Positions 55,135 to 64,000 of a stretch of 64,000 bases of DNA are shown one piece after another. The position numbers and the translations under genes were made by a program. This DNA is from Dehalococcoidia bacterium (GTDB taxonomy: Bacteria > Chloroflexota > Dehalococcoidia > SM23-28-2 > RBG-16-64-32): NCBI GenBank assembly GCA_963665775.2, contig CAXXTF010000002.1:768001-832000 (forward strand), read 5' to 3'. The notes beneath the pieces were generated by a model that saw nothing but the letters and a program-made list of their open reading frames with translations, did not search any database and had not been told where the DNA came from. Every line of letters starts with the position of its first letter. Position 1 is the stretch's first letter.

Positions 55135-55953
55135 TCAACCGCTCACCCGCGGCAGCTGCCGGCTCGGACGATCCATCTCCGTAGCCGGCAGAAGCAGGCT
55201 ACGCAGCACCGCCCGCAGCCGTGGCCCGTCTAGCCGCGAAAGCACCCGCCCGCTCACCGCTACCGAGACGCTCCCCGTCTCCTCCGATACGACCACCGCC
55301 ACCGCGTCCGTTCGCTCGCTGATCCCCAGGCCCGCCCGGTGCCGCAACCCCTGGAACTCCCGGTCGGCCCGGTCCGACACCGGTAGCGTGCACCCCGCCG
55401 CCATCACCCGGTCCTCACGCAGGATCACCGCTCCGTCATGGAGGGCGGAATTCGGGTAGAAGACGCTCTCCAGCAGCTGAGCTGAGCACGTCGCGTCCAG
55501 CTTCACCCCCGTATCGATATAGTCCTCCAGACCCGTCTCTCGCTCCATCACGACGATCGCCCCGTGCCGCCTCTCAGCCAGACTCAGACAGGCGTCGGCC
55601 ACAACGTCGACAACCCCCTCATACAGGCCGCGTACCGGCCAGGGCCAGCGACCGGTGCGGCCCACCCGCTCCAGGAACCGCCGGATCTCCTGCTGAAAGA
55701 TGATTGGGATCGTGATCAGCAGGGCCGGAAACGAGTTCTCCAGCAGCCAGCGAAGGACCGTGAGGTCCAGCACTCCGGCCAGAATCACCACCCCCACAAG
55801 CACGATGACGATACCCCTAAGCAGAGACATCGCCGTCGTCCCCTTGACCAGGAGAAGGGCCAGATAGATCAGGACGGCGATGCTCAAGATATCGATGACG
55901 CTCGCCGCCTGGAAGCGGTCCAGGGCGTCACGGATCGAATCCCAGGCGCCCAC
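55135..55953 (-). CDS. cdaA: Diadenylate cyclase CdaA
   Basis: 3 TM, FQQEIRR.LE, HDGA, GLRHRA, VSEETG. Confidence 0.95.
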   Translation of the reverse strand: MGAWDSIRDALDRFQAASVIDILSIAVLIYLALLLVKGTTAMSLLRGIVIVLVGVVILAGVLDLTVLRWLLENSFPALLITIPIIFQQEIRRFLERVGRTGRWPWPVRGLYEGVVDVVADACLSLAERRHGAIVVMERETGLEDYIDTGVKLDATCSAQLLESVFYPNSALHDGAVILREDRVMAAGCTLPVSDRADREFQGLRHRAGLGISERTDAVAVVVSEETGSVSVAVSGRVLSRLDGPRLRAVLRSLLLPATEMDRPSRQLPRVSG

Positions 55954-56876
55954 TACCCAACCCCCTCGCCCAGCACGAGGGCCAGCAGCGCCTTCACGGC
56001 GTGCATCTTGTTCTCCGCCTGCTCGAACACCACCGAACGTGCCCCCTCGATAACCCCGTCCGTCACCTCTTCGCCCCGATGCGCAGGCAGATCGTGCATG
56101 AACACCGCCTCCGGCGCCGCCTTCGCCATCAGCTCCTCATCCACCGTGTAGCCCGCGAACGCCTCCTTACGCGACGACGCCTCTCCCTCCTGCCCCATGC
56201 TCGCCCACACGTCCGTGTACACCACGTCCGCTCCGGCCACCGCCTCCCCCGGCGCTCGCGCCAGCGTCACGCTCCCGCCGGACGCCCTCGCCGCCACCCG
56301 CGCCTGTTCGACCAGACCGGCCGGCAGCTCGTACCCCTCCGGCAAGGCGATCCGGAAGTGCATCCCCGACATCGCCGCCCCTAGGCACAGCGACCGCGCC
56401 ACGTTGTTCCCGTCGCCCACGAACGCCAGCGTCACGCCCCGCAGCCCGCCCTTCCTCTCCCGCACGGTCAGCAGGTCGGCCAGCGCCTGGCAGGGATGCT
56501 CGCCATCGGACAGGGCGTTGATCACCGGCACCTCGGCGTGGCGGGCCAGCTCCTCCACCGTCGAGTGGGCGAAGGTGCGCGCCGCAATGCAGTCCACGTA
56601 GCGACTCAGCACCCGCGCCACGTCCGACACCGGTTCCCGCTCGCCCAGACCCACCTCCGGCGGCGACAGGTAGATACACTCGCCGCCCAACTGTCGCATC
56701 GCTACCTCAAAGGAAACGCGAGTGCGCAGCGATGGTTTCTCAAACACCAGCGCCAGCGTCTTCCCCGCCAGCATCCGTTCGCCCTGAGCCTGTCGAAGGG
56801 CCAGCGCCGTCTCCAGGACATGCTCCAGCTCCTGCGACGACAGATCGGATATAGAGATCAGGTCACGACCGCGCAC
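55953..56876 (-). CDS. argF: Ornithine carbamoyltransferase
   Basis: FEKPSLRTRVSF, HPCQ, GDGNNV, TDVWASMG, HDLP. Confidence 0.93.
   Translation of the reverse strand: MRGRDLISISDLSSQELEHVLETALALRQAQGERMLAGKTLALVFEKPSLRTRVSFEVAMRQLGGECIYLSPPEVGLGEREPVSDVARVLSRYVDCIAARTFAHSTVEELARHAEVPVINALSDGEHPCQALADLLTVRERKGGLRGVTLAFVGDGNNVARSLCLGAAMSGMHFRIALPEGYELPAGLVEQARVAARASGGSVTLARAPGEAVAGADVVYTDVWASMGQEGEASSRKEAFAGYTVDEELMAKAAPEAVFMHDLPAHRGEEVTDGVIEGARSVVFEQAENKMHAVKALLALVLGEGVG
56775..56800 (+). repeat. Near-perfect family-A hairpin in argF (ALRQAQGER)
   Basis: CCGTTCGCCCTGAGCCTGTCGAAGGG. Confidence 0.85.
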
Positions 56877-56977
56877 AGCTATACCTCCGAAACCGGCACC
56901 CCAAGTATAGCATCCGCCTTGGGGGAACAGGTCCCCGCCCTTAACTCCCTAGCCCCCTCCCGCTACACTTCCGGCCA

Positions 56978-57003
56978 GAGCCTGTCCTGAGCCCGTCCAA
57001 GGA
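56978..57003 (+). repeat. Family-A hairpin, intergenic (argF/comEA)
   Basis: GAGCCTGTCCTGAGCCCGTCCAAGGA. Confidence 0.7.
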
Positions 57004-57030
57004 TCCCCTCCTCAGCAGGAGGCCCCTCCC

Positions 57031-57585
57031 TTGACCGATCCGCTCGAGCGCTACCGCTGGCTCGTCGCCGCCATCTTCGCCCTCCCCCTCCTCATCGGCA
57101 TCGGCTTCCTCCTCAACGACCGCCTCAGCGGGCCCGAACCCCTGGAGATCAACATGGGCGACGTCCCCTTGGGCGAGATCCGGGTCTACGTCACCGGCGC
57201 CGTCCAGCAGCCCGGCGTATACCCCCTCTAGGAAGGCGACCGCTGGATCGACGCCGTGGAGGCCGCCGGCGGCCCTACCGCCGACGCCAACCTCACCGCC
57301 ATCAACCTCGCCCTCCGCGCCCGCGACGAGGACCAGATCGTCGTGCCCCGGCAGGGCGAGACCGCATTCGCCGGCATCGGTCAGCCCCCTCTGATCGACA
57401 TCAACACGGCCAGCGAGACCGCGCTCGAGACCCTGCCCGGCATCGGCCAGGTGCGGGCCGGCAACATCGCTACCTCCCGCACCAGCGATGGCCCCTTCGC
57501 CGACATCGACGAGCTCCTGACTAGAGAACTCATTCCCCGGTCCGTATTCGATGACATCCGAGAGCTGATAACCGCGGGCCCATGA
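57031..57585 (+). pseudogene. comEA: Competence DNA receptor ComEA interrupted by in-frame TAG (57229-57231)
   Basis: VYVTGAVQQPGVYPL*EGDRWIDAVEAAGG (SLBB), IDINTA..LPGIG (HhH), all one frame. Confidence 0.85.
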
Positions 57586-59857
57586 CCCTAGCCGTCCTCG
57601 CCCTGGCCTGGCTCCTGGGCATCGCCGCCGCCGCCTTCACCGGCGCCAACCCCGCGGCCACCCTGGCCGCCGCCGCGCTGCTCGCCATCACCTCCTTCGT
57701 CCTCCGGCCGCGCCCGGCCACCCTGCTCCTCGTAGCAGCCGGGGCGGGCGTGATCTTCCTGGCGGCCTGGCGATACGAGTCCACCCTTCCCCCAGATCCC
57801 CCCACCGGCATCGCCCGCTACAACGACGGCCCTGCCGTCCGCTTCCGCGCCATCATCGACAGCGAACCCGACGACCGTGGCACCTCCCGCCTCTACCACC
57901 TCCAGGTGCGGGAAACCTTCATCGACAGCCGCTGGCAACCGGACTCCGGCGGCATCCTGATGAGGGCCTCTGCCTTTCCCCAGTACGAGTACGGCGACCT
58001 CCTGGAGATCGAGGGGAAGCTGGAGACGCCGCCCCGCTTCCAGGACTTCGACTACCGCGAATACCTGCTGCGACGTGGCATCGGCTCCCTCGCCGCCTAT
58101 CCCGAAGTGGAACTGCTGGACACAGGCCAGGGAAACCCCCTGCGTGCCGCCCTCATCGGCGCCCGAGAGCGCCTGTCCGCCAGTCTGGCCGACGCCCTGC
58201 CGGAGCCCGAGGCCTCCCTGGCCACCGGCATTCTCCTGGGTGCCCGCTCGGACATCCCGCAGAAGCTCAAGGAGAACATGAACTCGACCGGCACCTCCCA
58301 CCTGGTGGCCGTCTCCGGTCAGAACGTCACCCTGGTAGCCGGTCTCCTCATGGCGAGCGTGGCCTGGGCCATCGGCAGGCGCCCGGCGGCCTGGCTAGCC
58401 CTTGCCGCCGTCATCGGCTACACCCTCCTCGTCGGCGGCCAACCGTCAGTCATCCGTGCCGCGATAATGGGCAGCCTGTATATCGTCACCGTGGCGCTCG
58501 GCCGCCAGAGCAGCGCGCCCGCTGCCTTGGCCCTGGCCGCCGCCGGCATGACAGCCTTCGACCCCCAGTTGGCCCACGACATCTCCTTTCAGCTCAGCTT
58601 CGCCGCCACCCTCGGCCTCATGACCCTGGCGCCGCTCCTGCGAAGCCGTACTGAGACCGCCCTGAGCCGCTGGCCGGCCTCGGAGTTCCCCCTGACCCAC
58701 CCAGCCATCGACTTGGCGACAGTAACCCTGGCCGCCATCGCCTTCACCCCGCCCATCACCGCCGTCAACTTCCACCGGATATCGCTGGTAGCGCCCGTGG
58801 CCAACCTCTTCGCCGTCCCCGCCTTCATCCTCGTCGCCATCACCTCGGCGGTCACGGCCATCACTGTGACCGTGCTCCCCCCGGCTAGCGACTACCTCGG
58901 CTGGATCGCCTGGCCGCCGGCGTGTGGCTCCTTTCCCAACGCCCTGCTCCCCAGTCATCGCCAACCCCGGCCACCGTCGGCCCGAAAACCCAACCCCTCC
59001 TGCCCGCGACCGCCCTCGCCCTCATACTCGCCCTCTCCTCGCTCCTCCTCTGGCTCGCCATCACCGCTCCCGCCTCCGGCCGCCTCACGGTCACCTTCCT
59101 GGACGTCGGCCAGGGCGACGCCATCCTCATCGAAGGTCCCGCCGGCCACCGCATTCTTGTGGATGGTGGCCCCAGCGGGGAAGCTATCGCCTCCGCCCTG
59201 GGCCGACGCTTACCCTTCTACGACCAGCGCATCGACCTGATCGTCCTGACTCACCCGCAGAGCGACCACATGGCCGGCCTGCCCACCGTCCTCGACCGCT
59301 ACGATGTCGGCAGCGTACTGGCCAGCCCTATTGAGGCCGACACCGACGCTTACCGCGCCTGGACAAAGGCGGTAGCGGCCGCCGGCGTCCCTTACCGGGA
59401 GGCCGAGCGCGGGCAGTGGATCGACCTGGGAGGCGGCGCTCGCCTGACAGTTCTGGGCCCTCTCCCCAGCCTCCTGCCAGCCGATCAGGACGACCCCAAT
59501 GAGGCTTCTATCGTCATGAAGCTGAGCATGGGTCAAGTCGCCGTCCTCCTTACCGGCGACATGGGTGAGGAGGAGGAAGTGGGGCTGATCCGCAGCGGCA
59601 CAGACCTGCAGGCCGCCGTTCTCAAGCTAGGCCACCACGGTTCGGATACATCCTCCTCATCCCAGTTCGTCCGCCGTGTGCTGCCCATCGTTAACGTCAT
59701 CTCGGTCGGGGCGAACAACCGCTACGGCCACCCCTCCGCGGACGTCCTCGAACGGCTGAGCGAGGACCTGATCCTACGCACCGATCGCCACGGCGACATC
59801 ACCGTCTCCACTGACGGCCTCCACCTCTGGATCGAGACCCAATACGGCGGCTACTAG
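57582..59857 (+). pseudogene. comEC: DNA uptake channel ComEC/Rec2, frameshifted near 58921
   Basis: OB domain, HLVAVSGQN, SFQLSFAAT in frame 1; FLDVGQGD, THPQSDH, KLGHHGS, YGHP beta-lactamase domain in another frame. Confidence 0.85.
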
Positions 59858-59927
59858 TCAATCTGAGGGACTGCCCTGTTGCCCCGAATGGAATGGCCCG
59901 CTCACCAATGCTATACTCGCACCCGTC

Positions 59928-60671
<744 letters not shown>

Positions 60672-60887
60672 GGCATCGCCGCTCGAACCAGCGATACCAG
60701 CGCCCTTCGGGCCATAACCCCTTCGTGAGACCGCACTTGGCTCCACTCGAAAGGCCTCGCGAAGGCTAATGACCCAACAATATCTCCGCAGATTAAGAAA
60801 TTCTAATCTTTCTCCAATGTGCACTTTAATGATGGCACCCTACACTGAGGATACTCAGTCACACGAGAATTTTCGCAGGAGGTGGAG

Positions 60888-61541
60888 ATGAGGAAATTAC
60901 TGATCGTAGCGGCCGCACTGCTGGCCCTCGGTCTCGGCGCCATAGCAGTCGGCGGAGCGGTGACTTCAGCCGATGACGGAGATGGCCCCTTCGGCAACTT
61001 GCTGGCCAGGGTCGCCCAGAAGCTCGGCATCACTGAGGCCGAGTTGAAGACGGCGATCCAGGATGCCCAACTGGAGACGATAGACGAGGCGGTGGCGGAA
61101 GGTCTCCTTACGGACGAGCGGGCGACCCGGCTCAGGGAGCGTGTGGAGGCAGGTGGCCATCTGTTCGCGCGTCGGCCGCACCACCACCCCGGTCACCGAC
61201 TCATAATCTCATCAGCAGGACAGGTGCTGGTGGACATAGAGACGACCGACCTGGTCGCAGAATTCAAGGCCGGCAAGAGCCTGGCCGAGGTGGCCGAAGC
61301 GCAGGGGATGAGCGTGGAGGACTTCACGCCGGCGCTGCTCACCGAAATCCAGACGCAGCTCGATGCGCTCGTGGCGGAGGGCAAGCTGACAGCGGAACGG
61401 GCCGCCGAGAAGTTCCAGCACATCGAAGAGAACATCGACCGCATTGTGAACGCCCATCACGAGCCTGGACGCCACTGCGGCTCGCGACACGCCAACGATG
61501 ATGGGGCGCCCACGACGACAGAGACATCGATTACCCTTTAG
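60888..61541 (+). CDS. Secreted helical hypothetical protein
   Basis: AGGAGG RBS, signal peptide, LARVAQKLGI..L, GKSLAEVAEAQG, His-rich patches. Confidence 0.75.
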   Translation: MRKLLIVAAALLALGLGAIAVGGAVTSADDGDGPFGNLLARVAQKLGITEAELKTAIQDAQLETIDEAVAEGLLTDERATRLRERVEAGGHLFARRPHHHPGHRLIISSAGQVLVDIETTDLVAEFKAGKSLAEVAEAQGMSVEDFTPALLTEIQTQLDALVAEGKLTAERAAEKFQHIEENIDRIVNAHHEPGRHCGSRHANDDGAPTTTETSITL

Positions 61542-61560
61542 TTAGCGGCGGAGGGGCGGA

Positions 61561-61595
61561 ACTGGGGGGCCGGACGTAACGTCCGGCCCCCCAGT
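61561..61595 (+). terminator. Intrinsic terminator-like hairpin
   Basis: 16-bp perfect stem ACTGGGGGGCCGGACG-TAA-CGTCCGGCCCCCCAGT after stop codon. Confidence 0.75.
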
Positions 61596-61691
61596 GTTGT
61601 CCTCAGGGCCCATTCCGCAGCGAAGGCGATCTTATCTTGACGAGCCTAACCTAGGCATAGGACAACCCGCTCGGCACCCCACTACAAGCCC

Positions 61692-61751
61692 TTGACACGC
61701 TAGAACAGCCGTGCTATCCTCGGATGCAGAACATGTATTCTGCATCCGAGG
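61692..61751 (+). promoter_or_regulatory. Sigma70 promoter overlapped by two LexA-like boxes and a 14-bp inverted repeat
   Basis: TTGACA-17-TATCCT (TG-extended); AGAAC-AGCC-GTGCT (61702-15), AGAAC-ATGT-ATTCT (61728-41); IR 61718-61751. Confidence 0.65.
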
Positions 61752-61762
61752 GTTGGTGCGCC

Positions 61763-61900
61763 ATGGCTCGACTTCTACAAATCCTTCTTCATGGATATGA
61801 ATGGCTGGTACCGCCACCAGAGCCGATCTGTTGTCACGGCCTGGGCATCATGCTCTGCGAAGCGTGTGCCGAAGTCTGCACAAGGTGCCAGCCCCGCTAG
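61763..61900 (+). CDS. Unannotated 45-aa Cys-rich small protein
   Basis: MARLLQILLHGYEWLVPPPEPICCHGLGIMLCEACAEVCTRCQPR*; GAGG RBS; directly after the promoter. Confidence 0.55.
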   Translation: MARLLQILLHGYEWLVPPPEPICCHGLGIMLCEACAEVCTRCQPR

Positions 61901-62165
61901 CTCCGCACTCATCCCAGCAGACGAACCCGACCGGCCGTACCGTCTACGTCTACTCGCTGGCCGTCCCGATTCTCCCGTGTCGCCACGCTGGTGCCTACTA
62001 CCGCCGGCAGCCGGTACTCACGGGCGACGATAGCGTGATGGCAGAGCACACCGTATCTCCTTTCGGATCGCGAGCCCCTGCCCGAAGGGCGACCCGCAGC
62101 GCGTCCAAGATGAACGATGGGTCAACCCGCACCCGCTTTGACTAGCGCCAAGGATCCGAGGCCAC

Positions 62166-62462
62166 CTACCCTTCCGGATCTGCCTCGCTGGAATCTTCCT
62201 CAGAGTTGGGCTTCGTTGGCGCGAACTCGCCGTCAGCCATGGCGAGCCCTCCCGGATTGTCGTTATCCAGCGTCACGACCGGCCGGTAGCTGATCCGCAC
62301 CTCATTCTCGACACCCGTAAAAGCCCGGATGCGCTCCGGCTCGAAGCCAGCCTCTAGTAACGTCTCGATATGGTGCTCAGCATTGGTCGGGTCCGCCAAG
62401 ACCGTGATCTCGCCGTGCTTCGGGTCATCGTGGTCAGTGACCACAACTACTACCTTAGACAT
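62166..62462 (-). CDS. Hypothetical protein (98 aa)
   Basis: AGGA RBS; globular N-terminal ~65 aa plus acidic tail. Confidence 0.65.
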   Translation of the reverse strand: MSKVVVVVTDHDDPKHGEITVLADPTNAEHHIETLLEAGFEPERIRAFTGVENEVRISYRPVVTLDNDNPGGLAMADGEFAPTKPNSEEDSSEADPEG

Positions 62463-62615
62463 CGTCGTCCTATAGTCCCCCTTCTCCTCAACCTGCTAAG
62501 AAGATAGACGACCTTCTCGGAGACAACGTTTCATCGGGAACAGTATCCGCCTCCGAACTGTGGCATGGCCGCGGCCCGGTAGCAGAACCGGACGAGACTA
62601 GATACCTGCCCAAGC

Positions 62616-63962
62616 CTAGAACTTTCCCGGAGGTGACTCGAATCCGCCAAATAGGTTCGAGGATTTATCCCACCGTTTAACCTCAAGCACCCGCCTCACC
62701 TCGTCGACAACTTCGTCTATCCCCGGCCCTTCCCGATCGCCGATTTCCTCCTCGCCATCATCCTCCGCCTGCACCAGCGCTGCCCCTGCCTCCTCCTCTT
62801 GCACCAGCGCTGCCGCTGCCTCCTCCTGGACCAGCGCTGCCGCTGCCTCCTCCTGGACCAGCGCTGCCGCTGCCTCCTCCCGCACCAGCGCTGCCGCTGC
62901 CTCCTCCCGCACCAACGCTGCCGCTGCCTCCTCCCGCACCAACGCTACCGCTGCCTCTTCCTCCGCCTCCTGCACCGCCGCTGCCTCCTCCTCCCGCACC
63001 AACGCTGCCGCTGCCTCCTCCCGCACCAGCGCTGCCGCTGCCTCCTCCCGCACCAACGCTGCCGCTGCCCCCTCCCGCACCAACGCTGCCGCTGCCTCCT
63101 CCTCGTGCACCAGCGCTGCCGCTGCCTCCTCCCGCACCAACGCTGCCGCTGCCCCCTCCCGCACCAGCGCTGCCGCTGCCTCCTCCTGCGCCAACGCTGC
63201 CGCTGCCTCCTCCTTCGCCAGCACTGCCGCTGCCTCCTCCCGCGCCAGCACTGCCGCTGCCTCCTCCCGCGCCAGCACTGCCGCTGCCTCCTCCCGCGCC
63301 AGCACTGCCGCTGCCTCCTCCCGCACCAACGCTGCCGCTGCCTCCTCCCGCACCAACGCTGCCGCTGCCTCCTCCCGCACCAACGCTGCCGCTGCCTCCT
63401 CCTGCGCCAGCACTGCCGCTGCCTCCTCCTCCCGCACCAACGCTGCCGCTGCCTCCTCCTCCCGCACCAACGCTACCGCTGCCTCCTCCTGCGCCAGCGC
63501 TGCCGCTGCCTCCTCCTGCGCCAGCGCTGCCGCTGCCTCTTCCTCTTGCACCGAGATGTCGACGGCGGTGCTTGGTGGCATGGACGGACTCAACCGAACC
63601 GATCCCGCGCCATCGGCCTCGACAGAGACCAGGGCCGCCCAGTAGACCAGAACCTGTTGGAGGTCAAGCCCCTTCCGGACCTCCAGGCGAACGAATGACT
63701 CTGCCGACTCCATATCGACGAACGAGGTCAAATGAACATGGTCCTCCCTCTCCGGATCACGAACCAGTACCACAACCTCCACAGATGTCGACGCTTCCGC
63801 ATTCGGGTCCGGCGGAGACTGAAGCACCCAAAAGGCAACGAGCCCCTCCCTCAACTCAGGTGGAGAAAGAGACTCGACAAAGTCTGACGCCGGCTCGACG
63901 GTGGCAAACGTATGTACCCGGAAAGACAGGAGACCGCCCACCGTAGGAACGAGCAGCACCAT
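62616..63962 (-). CDS. Hypothetical protein with long (EEAAAALVR)n helical repeat; frame stays open to window end
   Basis: Two globular repeats, ~28 nonad/decad units, C-terminal RWDK..FGGFESPPGKF. Confidence 0.75.
   Translation of the reverse strand: MVLLVPTVGGLLSFRVHTFATVEPASDFVESLSPPELREGLVAFWVLQSPPDPNAEASTSVEVVVLVRDPEREDHVHLTSFVDMESAESFVRLEVRKGLDLQQVLVYWAALVSVEADGAGSVRLSPSMPPSTAVDISVQEEEAAAALAQEEAAAALAQEEAAVALVREEEAAAALVREEEAAAVLAQEEAAAALVREEAAAALVREEAAAALVREEAAAVLAREEAAAVLAREEAAAVLAREEAAAVLAKEEAAAALAQEEAAAALVREGAAAALVREEAAAALVHEEEAAAALVREGAAAALVREEAAAALVREEAAAALVREEEAAAVQEAEEEAAVALVREEAAAALVREEAAAALVREEAAAALVQEEAAAALVQEEAAAALVQEEEAGAALVQAEDDGEEEIGDREGPGIDEVVDEVRRVLEVKRWDKSSNLFGGFESPPGKF
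62772..63550. repeat. 27/30-bp coding tandem repeat, ~28 units
   Basis: TGCCGCTGCCTCCTCCCGCACCAACGC and variants. Confidence 0.95.
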
Positions 63963-64000
63963 GAGTGCTCCAGTCTCGTCAGGCGACTCTGGAGTCTCGT

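Noticed and set aside
57229-57231. TAG recoding (pyrrolysine or alternative code) suggested by comEA, the nuoN uORF and mutS-ddn
   Set aside because: TAG terminates many conserved genes at their normal ends (hemW, mutL, recR, nuoN, tldD), and no pyl genes are seen
61636-61654. DtxR/IdeR box (CTTGACGAGCCTAACCTAG)
   Set aside because: Only one half-site matches (13/19); not palindromic
61801-62145. 114-aa or 80-aa ORFs as the product of the 61692 promoter
   Set aside because: No RBS, atypical composition; the 45-aa ORF has the better initiation context, though a decayed gene fragment at ~61920-62030 cannot be excluded
62799-63698. Plus-strand Cys-rich ORF (HQRCRCLLP)n
   Set aside because: Antisense shadow of the Glu/Ala repeat gene

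Overview
High-GC bacterial chromosomal segment, most consistent with Chloroflexota, class Dehalococcoidia. This is inferred from the gene complement and protein styles: a Cys-containing dockerin-like tail, a SecDF fusion, complex I without NuoEFG, an F420-dependent Ddn and AGAAC-N4-GTTCT-like boxes. Most genes are housekeeping: an oppA-like SBP, aspS, hemW, HDAC, selB, secDF-yajC-CCA-def-priA-rplS, phnDCE, a DtxR-family regulator, split MetE, an acyl-CoA synthetase, mutL/mutS, recO-recR-ybaB-dnaX, ybeY, a nuo operon, tldD/tldE, plsY-der-cdaR-cdaA-argF, comEA/comEC and rph. No rRNA, tRNA, CRISPR array or transposase was seen. Notable signals: (1) a ~24-27 nt REP-like hairpin (core CCTGAGC-N2/3-GTCGAAGG) sits in-frame inside at least 8 core genes, including a nested copy in hemW and a 5x tandem array in dnaX. 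(2) Intergenic insertions are flanked by duplicated gene starts or ends and spanned by short ORFs that appear to preserve translational coupling. (3) The nuo operon (A,C,D,H,J,K,x,L,M,N) lacks every Fe-S subunit, including nuoB and nuoI. (4) comEA and comEC carry independent lesions. (5) An unannotated 45-aa Cys-rich ORF lies behind a strong promoter with two LexA-like boxes. (6) An unknown gene pair shares a small domain, and one member has a ~28-unit helical repeat. All calls were made by eye; no searches were run.
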